DNA of 64,000 nucleotides from Ignavibacteriales bacterium (GTDB taxonomy: Bacteria > Bacteroidota > Ignavibacteria > T3Sed10-11), in assembly GCA_003562775.1 (NCBI GenBank), contig PWTU01000538.1, forward strand, positions 7,161 through 71,160, given 5' to 3'. The stretch's first letter is position 1. Each line of letters starts with the position of its first letter. This document shows, piece by piece, positions 40,258 through 50,542 of the stretch. The translations under genes and the position numbers were made by a program. Below the pieces are notes generated by a model. That model was not told the origin of the DNA and searched no databases. It saw only the letters and a list, made by a program, of their open reading frames with translations.

Positions 40258-40536
40258 ATGCAATCACACGAGGAATCATATCGTCAAGGTTTTCTTGATG
40301 GGCAGCAATGCGGCGATCATATGGTCAAGACTTATGATGTAAACGAGCTTCTGGAGAAACTCCGAAACCCCAAACTTGATTACGAAGACGTTTACTATAA
40401 AGGATTTATTAAAACCGAAGAGGAAATTCGAAAAGAAAATTTACATTACGAATCATATAAAGAAGGATTCTACAAGGGCTGCCGCGATGTGATAACGGTC
40501 GGGAATGAAGAAAGCGAGTTGGGAGTGGGGGATTGA
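40258..40536 (+). CDS. Small hypothetical protein
   Basis: AAGGAGG RBS before ATG 40258; repeated SYxxGFxxG motifs. Confidence 0.6.
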   Translation: MQSHEESYRQGFLDGQQCGDHMVKTYDVNELLEKLRNPKLDYEDVYYKGFIKTEEEIRKENLHYESYKEGFYKGCRDVITVGNEESELGVGD

Positions 40537-40585
40537 AGGCAGAGGTCGGAGGTCAGCGGGAAGGGTTGATATCGAGGGGAGGGGA

Positions 40586-40650
40586 TTGGATGATTGGTTG
40601 ATTGAGTGATTGCCTGGGTGCATGATTGCATGGATGCATGGCGGGTTGAT
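40586..40650. repeat. Degenerate tetranucleotide microsatellite (TGAT/TGGA/TGCA units)
   Basis: ttggatgattggttgattgagtgattgcctgggtgcatgattgcatggatgcatgg between convergent genes. Confidence 0.55.
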
Positions 40651-40764
40651 GGAGACGTCCACCTGGGCGGAGTGGATGTGCGACGGAAAGGTGGGCTCCA
40701 TCTCAGCGGAATCCGATTAGACGAGCGCGAGACCCCCTACGCACTTCCCTCCCGTAGTCTCGCG

Positions 40765-43374
40765 TTACTTAAACACAACCGCACCTCGTTCGTTTACATT
40801 AACCTCGATCGTATCCCCTTCGACGAACTTTCCCTCAAGTATCCGGAGTGCAAGCGGGTTAGTAATGTGCTTCTGAATTACGCGCTTTAAAGGTCTGGCG
40901 CCGAATGAAGGATCGTAGCCGAGCTTGCCGATCCATTCTTTTGCATCGGGAGAAACCGTAAATCCTATGTTCTTATCGGCGAGCATCCTCTCGACATAGT
41001 TCAATTGCAAATCGACAATCTTGATAATTTCCTCCTGCGTCAGCGGCTGGAAGAGCACTATTTCATCGATGCGGTTGAGGAACTCCGGTCGAATCGTATC
41101 ACGCAGCAACCGCATCAACTGAGAGCGAATATCGGCCATGATATCGTCGCGGTTTTCCTCGTTCATCTCTCTCATTCGTTCCTGAATCAGGTGCGAGCCG
41201 ATGTTCGACGTCATAATGACAATCGTATTTTTAAAGTTGACGGTTCTTCCCTGGCTGTCGGTTAATCTGCCGTCGTCAAGCAATTGCAACAAAACATTAA
41301 ATATCTCCGGATGCGCTTTTTCGATTTCATCGAGCAGCACTACGGAATATGGCCGCCGACGGACCGGTTCGGTCAGTTGCCCTCCCTCTTCATATCCCAC
41401 ATAACCGGGAGGCGCTCCGATCAATCTCGTCACCGCAAACTTCTCACTGTACTCAGACATATCGATGCGGACCATTGCCGATTCATCGTTGAACAGGAAC
41501 TCTGCAAGCGCGCGGGCAAGCTCGGTTTTCCCGACGCCTGTCGTCCCGAGAAATATGAACGATCCGATCGGGCGGTTCTGATCCTGCAACCCCGCCCGCG
41601 ATCTTCGAATAGCATTTGCAACGGCAGAGACCGCATCATCCTGTCCGATAACGCGTCGATGCAGCCGGCCTTCCAGATTCAGCAATTTTTCCCGGTCGCT
41701 TTCGAGCATCCGGTTAACCGGGATGCCGGTCCATCGCGCAACTACCTCCGCAATGTCCTCCGCGTCGACTTCCTCTTTCAGCATCTTTATTTCTTTCTGT
41801 ACTTCGGCAAGCTCTTCGGAGGTTTGTTTAATCTTTTTATCGAGTTCGGTTATGGTACCATATCGCAATTCGGCAACTTTTCCGAATTCTCCCTCCCGCT
41901 CGTACCGCGCGGCATCGATTTTTGCCTGCTCGACCTGTTCCTTCATTGAGCGGAGATTTTGTATAAGTTTTTTCTCATGCTCCCAGTGTGATCGTAACCG
42001 GTTCCGTTCCTCGTTTAATCCGGACAGCTCGCGTGTGATCTCATCGAGACGATCTTTCGAATCCCGGTCTTTTTCACGCTTTACTGCCTCGCGCTCGATT
42101 TCAAGTTGTTTGATGCGCCGTTCAATATTGTCAAGTTCTTCAGGCATACTGTCTATCTCAATGCGCAGTTTCGACGCGGCTTCATCTATCAGATCTATCG
42201 CTTTATCGGGTAAAAACCTGTCGGATATGTAACGGTGACTGAGCTGTGCGGCTGCTACTATGGCGCCATCCGTTATATGAACCCCGTGATGTACTTCGTA
42301 TCGCTCCTGCAAACCCCGGAGGATTGAGATGGTATCCTCGACGGTCGGTTCACCGATAAAAACCGGTTGAAATCTTCGTTCAAGCGCCGGATCTTTCTCG
42401 ATGTGCTTGCGATATTCATCAAGCGTTGTCGCCCCGATGGCGCGCAGCTCACCTTTTGCAAGCGCCGGCTTGAGCATATTAGCGGCATCGACGGAACCTT
42501 GTGCGGAACCTGCTCCAACGAGCGTGTGCAGCTCGTCGATAAAGAGGATAATCTCTCCGTCGGATTCCTGGATCTCTTTTAACACGGCTTTCATACGCTC
42601 TTCAAATTGTCCCCGGAAACTCGTTCCGGCTACAAGCGTCCCCATATCGAGTGCAACAATGCGTTTCGTTCTCAAGCCATCGGGGACGTCGCCCTGTACA
42701 ATACGGTGAGCGATGCCTTCGGCAATCGCCGTTTTACCGACGCCCGGTTCACCGATAAGCACGGGATTATTTTTAGTACGTCTCGACAACACTTGCAGCA
42801 CACGGCGGATTTCCTCATCGCGGCCGATTACCGGATCTAATTTTCCGCGTCGTGCAAGTTCATTTAAATCCCGACCGTATTTCTCGAGTGCCTGGTACTT
42901 TTCTTCCGGATTCTGATCGGTTACACGGTGAGAACCTCGTATTTCTCTCAACACTTTTAATACAGTGTCGTGCGATACACCCTGCGTGTTTAACAATCCC
43001 GATACGTCGCCGGCATCTTTTCCGGTCATTGCAAGCAGAAGATGCTCGAGACTGACGTATTCGTCTTTCAGGTTTCGCGCTTCTTTCATTGCGCTTTCCA
43101 GCACGGCACCGGTCGGTTGACTGACGTATAGATTGCCAAGCCCTGCACCCGATACCTTCGGCAGTTTTTCGATCAACTCATTGGTCTTAATTTTTAAATG
43201 GTCGATGTTTGCACCGATCTTTCTCAAAATGGACGCAGTTACCCCTTCACTATCCTGCAGCATTGCCGCAAAGATGTGTACCGGCTCTATTGCCTGATTA
43301 CCGTAACTCGAGGCAATCTCCTGTGCCTGCTGTACGGTTTCCTGGGATTTATATTTTAATTTGTTCATATTCAT
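40765..43374 (-). CDS. clpB: ATP-dependent chaperone ClpB
   Basis: Two Walker A motifs ([16 protein letters not shown]), coiled-coil M-domain, [20 protein letters not shown]. Confidence 0.97.
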   Translation of the reverse strand: MNMNKLKYKSQETVQQAQEIASSYGNQAIEPVHIFAAMLQDSEGVTASILRKIGANIDHLKIKTNELIEKLPKVSGAGLGNLYVSQPTGAVLESAMKEARNLKDEYVSLEHLLLAMTGKDAGDVSGLLNTQGVSHDTVLKVLREIRGSHRVTDQNPEEKYQALEKYGRDLNELARRGKLDPVIGRDEEIRRVLQVLSRRTKNNPVLIGEPGVGKTAIAEGIAHRIVQGDVPDGLRTKRIVALDMGTLVAGTSFRGQFEERMKAVLKEIQESDGEIILFIDELHTLVGAGSAQGSVDAANMLKPALAKGELRAIGATTLDEYRKHIEKDPALERRFQPVFIGEPTVEDTISILRGLQERYEVHHGVHITDGAIVAAAQLSHRYISDRFLPDKAIDLIDEAASKLRIEIDSMPEELDNIERRIKQLEIEREAVKREKDRDSKDRLDEITRELSGLNEERNRLRSHWEHEKKLIQNLRSMKEQVEQAKIDAARYEREGEFGKVAELRYGTITELDKKIKQTSEELAEVQKEIKMLKEEVDAEDIAEVVARWTGIPVNRMLESDREKLLNLEGRLHRRVIGQDDAVSAVANAIRRSRAGLQDQNRPIGSFIFLGTTGVGKTELARALAEFLFNDESAMVRIDMSEYSEKFAVTRLIGAPPGYVGYEEGGQLTEPVRRRPYSVVLLDEIEKAHPEIFNVLLQLLDDGRLTDSQGRTVNFKNTIVIMTSNIGSHLIQERMREMNEENRDDIMADIRSQLMRLLRDTIRPEFLNRIDEIVLFQPLTQEEIIKIVDLQLNYVERMLADKNIGFTVSPDAKEWIGKLGYDPSFGARPLKRVIQKHITNPLALRILEGKFVEGDTIEVNVNERGAVVFK

Positions 43375-43407
43375 GGTTAATCACCTGACGTGTCCTTTAC
43401 AAAAAAC

Positions 43408-43461
43408 TTGCCCGGCACGTTCAGTATTTATATTCTCTCTCATACGACGCGTGCCGGGCAA
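43408..43461. repeat. 12-bp perfect inverted repeat between dnaK and clpB (hairpin/REP-like)
   Basis: TTGCCCGGCACG-N30-CGTGCCGGGCAA. Confidence 0.65.
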
Positions 43462-43586
43462 ATAAAACATAATAATAGCGGCTCCACACACACCTTGAGA
43501 GCGATCTACACAACTCTCATGGTACGTTGGCAACCGTTATTCATTACTATTAACCGTTAATAACCGTTATTAACTGTTAGATTACA

Positions 43587-45527
43587 TTAGTTATTCTTCT
43601 GCTTATCCTTATCGTCCACTACTTCGTAGTCGGCATCTTCGACATCGTCTTTGGTTTCTTTGTCTCCCGGTTCTTGTTGTTGTTGTTGATCGCCGGGTTG
43701 ATCTTGTTGTCCTTCGCCTTCAGCCGATGCCTGTTGATACATCTTTGTCGATGCTTCGTTCCACTTTTCGTTAAGCTCTTCCATTGCTTTCTTTATTTCA
43801 TCCACACTACCTGTCTTCTGTACCTCTTCGAGCTTACCTACCGCTTTTTCTATGTCCTCTTTGGTGGAGGCATCGAGCTTTCCTTCGAACTCCTTGATTT
43901 GTTTTTTAGTCTGATAAACAAGATTGTCCGCCTGGTTCCGCGTTTCAATTTCTTCACGCCGTTTTTTGTCTTCCTCTGCATGCTGCTCGGCGTCATTCTT
44001 CATCTTTTCGATTTCCTCCTGCGACAGGCCGCTTGAGGAGGTAATACGAATGCTTTGCTCTTTGTTTGTCGCTTTGTCTTTCGCAAAGACATTCAGTATG
44101 CCGTTCGCATCTATGTCGAATGTTACTTCTACCTGCGGAACACCGCGCGGTGCAGGCGGAATACCGTCAAGATGGAAGCGTCCTAGCGTACGATTGTCTC
44201 TTGCCATTTCACGCTCACCCTGCAGGACGTGTATCTCGACCGACGTCTGGTTATCCGATGCAGTCGAGAATATTTCGCTCTTGCGGGTCGGTATTGTCGT
44301 GTTGGCGGTAATCAACTTGGTCATCACACCGCCGAGCGTTTCGATGCCGAGCGAAAGCGGCGTTACGTCGAGCAACAGTACATCGCTCACATCACCCGAT
44401 AACACACCGCCCTGAATTGCCGCACCGATCGCTACCACCTCATCGGGATTGACGCCTTTATGCGGATCTTTCCCGAATAGTTCTTTTACAACTTCCTGTA
44501 CTTTCGGTATTCGGGTCGAACCGCCGACGAGAATTACTTCATCAATATCGGATGGTTGCAATCCGGCGTCTTTTAATGCTTTCTTGCAAGGTTCAATCGT
44601 ACGTTCAATCAGGTCTTCAACAAGCTGTTCAAACTTGGATCGTGTAATGGTCATTTGCAAGTGTTTCGGACCTTCCTGCGTCGCCGTAATAAAGGGCAGA
44701 TTCACATCGGTCTGACTTGATGAAGACAGCTCGGTTTTTGCTTTTTCTGCAGCTTCTTTCAATCGCTGCAGCGCCATGGCGTCTTTTCGCAAATCGACAC
44801 CTTCTTGCTTTTTAAATTCATCGGCGATGTAATCGACGAGACGCTGATCGAAATCATCACCGCCGAGATGTGTGTCGCCGTTTGTAGATTTGACTTCGAA
44901 CACACCATCGCCCAATTCCAATATGGATATATCAAATGTACCGCCGCCGAGGTCGAACACCGCGATCTTTTCATCTTTGCCTTTTTTATCGAGGCCATAT
45001 GCAAGCGATGCCGCCGTCGGTTCGTTTATGATGCGGCGTACATTCAAGCCGGCAATTTCGCCTGCTTCTTTTGTTGCCTGCCGTTGAGCGTCATTAAAAT
45101 ACGCAGGTACGGTAACAACCGCGTCGGTGATCTTTTCACCGAGATGATCTTCGGCAGTTTGTTTCATCTTCTGCAATACCATAGCACTGATTTCCGGCGG
45201 CGAATACACCCGGTCGCCTATCTTAACCCGTGCGGTATTGTTGTCGCCTTTGACAACTTCGTACGGTACAAGTTCAATTTCGTGCTGTACCTCATTATAA
45301 AATCTCCCCATAAATCTTTTAATCGACGAGATTGTATTTTTTGAATTAGTAACCGCCTGCCGTTTTGCGGCCTGACCGACCAACCGCTCGCCATTTTTGG
45401 TAAATGCAACAACCGAGGGTGTCGTTCTGCCGCCTTCGGCATTCGTGATCACAACCGGATCGTTTCCCTCCATTACCGATACGACACTATTGGTTGTACC
45501 TAAATCTATTCCGATTATTTTACCCAT
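43587..45527 (-). CDS. dnaK: Molecular chaperone DnaK
   Basis: [39 protein letters not shown]. Confidence 0.98.
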   Translation of the reverse strand: MGKIIGIDLGTTNSVVSVMEGNDPVVITNAEGGRTTPSVVAFTKNGERLVGQAAKRQAVTNSKNTISSIKRFMGRFYNEVQHEIELVPYEVVKGDNNTARVKIGDRVYSPPEISAMVLQKMKQTAEDHLGEKITDAVVTVPAYFNDAQRQATKEAGEIAGLNVRRIINEPTAASLAYGLDKKGKDEKIAVFDLGGGTFDISILELGDGVFEVKSTNGDTHLGGDDFDQRLVDYIADEFKKQEGVDLRKDAMALQRLKEAAEKAKTELSSSSQTDVNLPFITATQEGPKHLQMTITRSKFEQLVEDLIERTIEPCKKALKDAGLQPSDIDEVILVGGSTRIPKVQEVVKELFGKDPHKGVNPDEVVAIGAAIQGGVLSGDVSDVLLLDVTPLSLGIETLGGVMTKLITANTTIPTRKSEIFSTASDNQTSVEIHVLQGEREMARDNRTLGRFHLDGIPPAPRGVPQVEVTFDIDANGILNVFAKDKATNKEQSIRITSSSGLSQEEIEKMKNDAEQHAEEDKKRREEIETRNQADNLVYQTKKQIKEFEGKLDASTKEDIEKAVGKLEEVQKTGSVDEIKKAMEELNEKWNEASTKMYQQASAEGEGQQDQPGDQQQQQEPGDKETKDDVEDADYEVVDDKDKQKNN

Positions 45528-45596
45528 GTAAAGTCACTCCTTTCGTTTTTGAAATTCTATATTTATGCGTATTTTTCCAATCGCTTACATAGAGTC

Positions 45597-45611
45597 ACAA
45601 AGTTCGTGCCA
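45597..45611 (-). promoter_or_regulatory. sigma54 (-24/-12) promoter of dnaK(-clpB)
   Basis: Reverse strand TGGCACG-AACT-TTGT, 70 bp upstream of the dnaK ATG. Confidence 0.7.
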
Positions 45612-45825
45612 AGTATTGCCAAATCCGATAAGTTGTTATTTTTAAAGAATTTAAAGAAATAAACGAAGCAATTATTCGATTTCATTGTTCAGCCAATATG
45701 GCACCAAATCCGCGACTATGTCAGGTGGGTTCTTTAAGTATAGACAAAATAGCAGTTTACCCTTTGATTTAGAATCTTTTTGGTTTTATATTGAATATAA
45801 TTTATGTAACTTACCACAGCAAGCA

Positions 45826-46623
45826 ATGACACCATCACAAAATATTGTGCAGGGCTTAAAAACCGGGATTTTCGGAAAAAAAATATTTACATTTGAAACA
45901 ATCGATTCAACAAATACCTGTGCACGTCTGCTTGCTGAAAGCGGTGTCGAGGAAGGAACTGTTGTCTATGCCGAAGAACAGTCCGCCGGAAGAGGAAGAT
46001 TAAAACGGAAATGGCATTCTACGAAAGGTGAGAATCTTTTATTCTCTGTTATTTTTACTCCGGACTTCAAAGAACGCCGTTATTATCTTATTCCGCTACT
46101 AGCTGCGGTCGCTATCATAGAAGGAATAAGAAAATGCGTACCGGCCTGCCCGGTAGTGGTAAAATGGCCCAATGATATTCTCCTCGAATCGGGGGAAAAA
46201 ATCGGCGGCATTCTAACTGAGTTTACCCGAACCTATGATGGCAAACTGAGAGTTATTGCCGGTATCGGGTTAAATGTGAATCAGACGAGATTTCCTGAAA
46301 ATCTTAAAACTCGTGCTTCTTCCATACAGTTGTCTGCAGGCAAGAAAGTAGATCGTTTCTTCATACTGCGTGAAATTCTGTCGGGAATAGAAAAGTATTA
46401 TAACGTCTTACAAAATCCGGATAAAAGAGATATGGTTGTTGAACGCTGGCGTTCATATTGTACGATGTTCAATAAACCGGTCAGCGTACAATTAGGCGCC
46501 GCCGAGCATACCGGCATATGCAGAGATATAGACGATGATGGTGCATTGCTTATTGAAAATAAAAACGGTGAAATACTTCGAATAGTAGCCGGGGATGTAA
46601 CATCGGTTGCATTCAATTCTTAA
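45826..46623 (+). CDS. birA: Biotin-[acetyl-CoA-carboxylase] ligase (no HTH)
   Basis: IDSTN, QSAGRGR, KWPND, KIGGIL, GIGLNVN. Start taken at ATG 45826. Confidence 0.92.
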   Translation: MTPSQNIVQGLKTGIFGKKIFTFETIDSTNTCARLLAESGVEEGTVVYAEEQSAGRGRLKRKWHSTKGENLLFSVIFTPDFKERRYYLIPLLAAVAIIEGIRKCVPACPVVVKWPNDILLESGEKIGGILTEFTRTYDGKLRVIAGIGLNVNQTRFPENLKTRASSIQLSAGKKVDRFFILREILSGIEKYYNVLQNPDKRDMVVERWRSYCTMFNKPVSVQLGAAEHTGICRDIDDDGALLIENKNGEILRIVAGDVTSVAFNS

Positions 46624-46631
46624 TAATCAGG

Positions 46632-47420
46632 ATGATAAAAATGTTTCTTGCAATTGACATTGGTAACACACACACTTCATTTGCGATATATAAAGAGGAC
46701 AACCTCCTCGGTCACTGGCGGGTAACGAGCATTATCTCCAGAACCGAGGATGAGATCGCAGTGCAGGTCGGTTTTTTCTGTGAACACATCGGAATAAAAT
46801 TATCCGAACTCACGGCGGTTGGAATCAGTTCGGTGGTTCCCAATCTTACCATTGCAGCCCAGCGAATGGCGGAGAAATACGTCGATAGTAACGAATTGAT
46901 GGTAATAGGTTCACATAGCGACACCGGTATGCCGATACTTTACGACGATCCCGCGGCGGTCGGTGCCGACAGAATTTGTAATGCAGTCGCCGGTTTTAAA
47001 AAATACGGCGGGCCGCTTATCATTATCGACTTCGGTACGGCCAATACGTTCGATGTGATATCAAAGAAGGGAGAATACCTCGGCGGCATTATTTCTCCCG
47101 GATTGGAGACCTCCGCCGCCGATCTACACCGACGTGCTGCACGCTTACCAAAGATCGAGCTTGAGTTCCCCGACAAAATTATCGGGACCAACACCGTCGA
47201 AAGCATGAAAGCAGGGATAATGTTTAGCGCCGTAGACAGCATCAACGGAATAGTGCACCGCATACGTGAGGAACTCAAAGAAAATGCACGGGTAATTGCA
47301 ACCGGCGGTTATGCATCCATTATTGCAAGCCGGACATCGGTCATTGAAGATGTTGAACCGACCCTTGTTCTCGATGGCGTGCGGTTAATTTTTAATATAT
47401 GTAAATCGAAGACCCGGTAG
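46632..47420 (+). CDS. coaX: Type III pantothenate kinase
   Basis: LAIDIGNT, SSVVP, GADR, IIDFGTA, GGIISPG, IATGG. Confidence 0.95.
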   Translation: MIKMFLAIDIGNTHTSFAIYKEDNLLGHWRVTSIISRTEDEIAVQVGFFCEHIGIKLSELTAVGISSVVPNLTIAAQRMAEKYVDSNELMVIGSHSDTGMPILYDDPAAVGADRICNAVAGFKKYGGPLIIIDFGTANTFDVISKKGEYLGGIISPGLETSAADLHRRAARLPKIELEFPDKIIGTNTVESMKAGIMFSAVDSINGIVHRIREELKENARVIATGGYASIIASRTSVIEDVEPTLVLDGVRLIFNICKSKTR

Positions 47421-47424
47421 CCGG

Positions 47425-47988
47425 TTACGATCCATATACCTGTGTATACAACGTAACAACTACCCGTAATCGTACCGGAGAACCGGATGATTGACCTGAA
47501 ACACCGACGGTCACCGGCGGCAACGGCGATTGTCCGAGCAACGACATTAGATAAGCGAATGTTTGGGAATTTACGTTCAGATACTGAGACACAGCTCCAC
47601 CGAAAATGGATTGCTCGTTTGCAAAAACATTTACCGGTATTTCCGATAAGGTAACAAGGTTCTGATTATCCAACCGTATCGACCCGGAGAGTAAGAGATC
47701 TTCCGGCGTGCCCGGCAATTTATCGATCTGTAAGGTTATATTAAAAACCGTTATTGAGTCAATAGACACATCGATATCATCAAGGAGCCTATCGAGATCC
47801 ATTTGATCATATTGCTCGGTTTCACTGAATGACGTTCCATCCACGTCAATTTCAATTACGGCGCTCACCGGTGAACCGTCAAAAATAAACGGGTTTACGG
47901 AGACATCGCATCCTCCCCAAAATATCATGGTAACGGCGAGTATACCGACTATATAATAACTGAAGCGATTCATTGTGTATTCCTTCAA
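47425..47988 (-). CDS. Hypothetical lipoprotein
   Basis: Lipobox-like WGGC after a hydrophobic stretch; beta-rich; co-oriented downstream of a putative OM protein. Confidence 0.6.
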   Translation of the reverse strand: MKEYTMNRFSYYIVGILAVTMIFWGGCDVSVNPFIFDGSPVSAVIEIDVDGTSFSETEQYDQMDLDRLLDDIDVSIDSITVFNITLQIDKLPGTPEDLLLSGSIRLDNQNLVTLSEIPVNVFANEQSIFGGAVSQYLNVNSQTFAYLMSLLGQSPLPPVTVGVSGQSSGSPVRLRVVVTLYTQVYGS

Positions 47989-47999
47989 ATTCTAAATGA

Positions 48000-48905
48000 T
48001 TAGATTCCCAGACCGATGCCTGCGCTTAATACGGTAACCTTACCCACACTTATATCGGCGTGGAGAAAAATCGTACCAAGTGAGAAAGCTGCCCCTGCTG
48101 TCGTTCGGAACTTATTTTCAGTTTTAAAGTTGAGAGATACATTACGATCTCCCGACGTTAATGGCCCGGTGTATGTATACGATAAAGTCACGTCAGTTGA
48201 TTCATACTGTAAACCGCCGTAAAGGGTTAACACAAGAAACGTCTTGCTTGCCTGCACTGAAACGGCAGTCGCTTTTGTATCAAGATATTCGCCGACGGAT
48301 AATGTTTGATAAAAAACACCTGCAGCGATATCGATAGGAATTAGTGGAAGATACTGGCTGACACTATGTCGAATACCGATACCAAATAGTTTTACTTCGG
48401 GGAAATCGTCCACGGATGGTATCGGGAGATATCGAATTGTTGCCTGTGTCCCGAAAAAATCGCCTATCGTTACCTGCGGTACGGCAAATGGTATAATACG
48501 GGTATCGATCTGGCCGTTTTGAAATCTATATTTCGCACCTGCCGGGTGAGAAACAACTGAACCGTCGCCGCCGAAAATGGTAGCAGTCTCCACCGGCTCT
48601 TGCGTAAACGGTTCGGGGGGAGTTGCCAGATATGTCTTCTCGTCGTCACCGATAAGCGTCCCCATACCGACTATCTGCAATCTGAACGTAAGCCCCGCTT
48701 TTCTTATACGTGCGGAGCCGGGAAACCCGGAATTGATATTGGCGCCAAAACCGTCGAGCAACGGTTGGATATATCCTTGTACGTTATCCGAAGAAAGTTG
48801 TTCAATGGCGTCATCGATCGGGTTTTGACTTTTCGACGGTATTGCCAGAGCAACAAATAAAACAATGAGAATACTGCCTCGAACAACTCCATTACATATT
48901 TGCAT
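48000..48905 (-). CDS. Putative outer-membrane protein (DUF6588-like)
   Basis: Signal peptide; GYIQPL..GFGANINSG, ATIFG, VPQVTIG, IRYLP, GIGIRHSVSQY; C-terminal GIGLGI. Confidence 0.65.
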   Translation of the reverse strand: MQICNGVVRGSILIVLFVALAIPSKSQNPIDDAIEQLSSDNVQGYIQPLLDGFGANINSGFPGSARIRKAGLTFRLQIVGMGTLIGDDEKTYLATPPEPFTQEPVETATIFGGDGSVVSHPAGAKYRFQNGQIDTRIIPFAVPQVTIGDFFGTQATIRYLPIPSVDDFPEVKLFGIGIRHSVSQYLPLIPIDIAAGVFYQTLSVGEYLDTKATAVSVQASKTFLVLTLYGGLQYESTDVTLSYTYTGPLTSGDRNVSLNFKTENKFRTTAGAAFSLGTIFLHADISVGKVTVLSAGIGLGI

Positions 48906-49032
48906 AGTTACTCCTGTCTGTATATACCATAGGTATATATTTAAATTAACATAAATAAACATTCATTTGCAAGTCAAACAAAAGTCCGGGATGTTAAGAT
49001 TTTTGTTGTTCCGAATTGCCGGGCATCTTTAA

Positions 49033-50523
49033 TTAAAATCCAAACATTTTCACCGATGATTGGGCGAAGTCAACGAGATGTGGGAAATAGATGCCGAATA
49101 ATATCGTTGGAATTAACAGTGCGAATACCAGTATCTTTGAGCTCACGCTAAACTCAATGGGTGACGTATCGCCCGGTGGTTCCACAAGAAACATATTTCT
49201 AAAAATGCGTACATAATAGAAAAGCGAAATGACCGTATTGATCGCTGCAATCAGAACAAGCCCGTACCATCCAGCGCTTATCACGGCAGCGAACAGATAA
49301 AATTTCGCGATAAAACCGGCTGTTGGCGGGATTCCGGTAAGCGAAATGAGGAACACTGCCATTGCAACGCAAACCAGCGGCGCACGATAACCGAGACCCT
49401 TATAATCTTCGATATCTTCGGTATCGAGTTTATTCGAAATTAGCATTGCGATATAAAATGCACCGAAGTTCATAAAAAGATACATAACAAAATACAACAT
49501 CATCGATGCTATTCCCTGGTCTGTCAGTACGACCAATCCCATAAGAATATAACCGGCATGCGCAATGCTCGAGTAGGCAAGCAAACGTTTGATATTATTC
49601 TGCCAGATTGCAACAAGATTACCGAGCGTCATCGTCAGCACTGCCATCACGGCAAGAATAATATTCCACTGAAACCCGGCGATGATATCCCAGACGCCGG
49701 TCGTGGTGAGCAATTCGGTATCGATAAACGACACTTTAAAGAATCGTATCATCATCGCAAATCCTGCCGCTTTGGATGCAACGGCAAGGAAAGCGGTAAT
49801 TGTTATCGGTGCACCCTCGTAGACGTCGGGCGACCAAAAATGAAACGGCGCAACGGTCACTTTATAACCAAACCCTGCAATAATCAAAATACCAGCAGTA
49901 AGCAGCGCAAGCGGGCTGAAATTCCCCGCCTGCAATGCCGCATTGACGCCGTAGATATCGGTTGCACCTGTAATCCCATAGAGAATAGAAACGCCGTAAA
50001 TTAACATGCCGGACGATATTGCGCCATATAATACGTACTTCAAAGATGCCTCGGCAGAATCCCGGGCGCGCTTTGTATAACCTGCAAGAATGTACGAGGC
50101 AACGCTGGTCAATTCCAGTGCAAGATACATCAACAATAAATTGGTAGCGCCTGCCATAATGAACATACCGAGCATCATCGCCGTAATGAGCATGTAATAT
50201 TCACCGATCCGCTTTTTGTTTGCATCGAGTTCACGGCACTTTATGGAGAAGAAAACTATAAAGAAACCGCTGAGGAGCAATACCACTTTAAAGAATATCG
50301 CGAACGGATCGACCGCCACCATATCGCTGAAGATGGATTCATTGATTCCCATCTGGCGAAAGACGAATATTGATGTTACAACAAGCCCCGCGATCACGAC
50401 ATACGCGACGTTATGATTCCGTTCCTTGAGAATTAAATCGGCAATGATCGCAACGCAGAGCGTCACGGTGAGTGCGATCTCGGGCAGGAATAATTTTATA
50501 CTTTCAAGAATATGTTCTGCCAT
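49033..50523 (-). CDS. nuoN: NADH-quinone oxidoreductase subunit N
   Basis: EASLKY, GYKVTVAPFHFWSPDVYEGAP, KRLLAYSSIAHAGY. Confidence 0.95.
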   Translation of the reverse strand: MAEHILESIKLFLPEIALTVTLCVAIIADLILKERNHNVAYVVIAGLVVTSIFVFRQMGINESIFSDMVAVDPFAIFFKVVLLLSGFFIVFFSIKCRELDANKKRIGEYYMLITAMMLGMFIMAGATNLLLMYLALELTSVASYILAGYTKRARDSAEASLKYVLYGAISSGMLIYGVSILYGITGATDIYGVNAALQAGNFSPLALLTAGILIIAGFGYKVTVAPFHFWSPDVYEGAPITITAFLAVASKAAGFAMMIRFFKVSFIDTELLTTTGVWDIIAGFQWNIILAVMAVLTMTLGNLVAIWQNNIKRLLAYSSIAHAGYILMGLVVLTDQGIASMMLYFVMYLFMNFGAFYIAMLISNKLDTEDIEDYKGLGYRAPLVCVAMAVFLISLTGIPPTAGFIAKFYLFAAVISAGWYGLVLIAAINTVISLFYYVRIFRNMFLVEPPGDTSPIEFSVSSKILVFALLIPTILFGIYFPHLVDFAQSSVKMFGF

Positions 50524-50542
50524 AATCTTCGTTAGTCAAATG

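Noticed and set aside
41005-45442. Many 60-220 aa ORFs antisense or out of frame within clpB and dnaK
   Set aside because: Typical shadow ORFs caused by codon bias in highly expressed genes; no RBS or recognisable motifs.
45685-45825. N-terminal extension of BirA as a DNA-binding domain
   Set aside because: It does not resemble a winged HTH and overlaps the divergent promoter region; the true start is probably ATG 45826.
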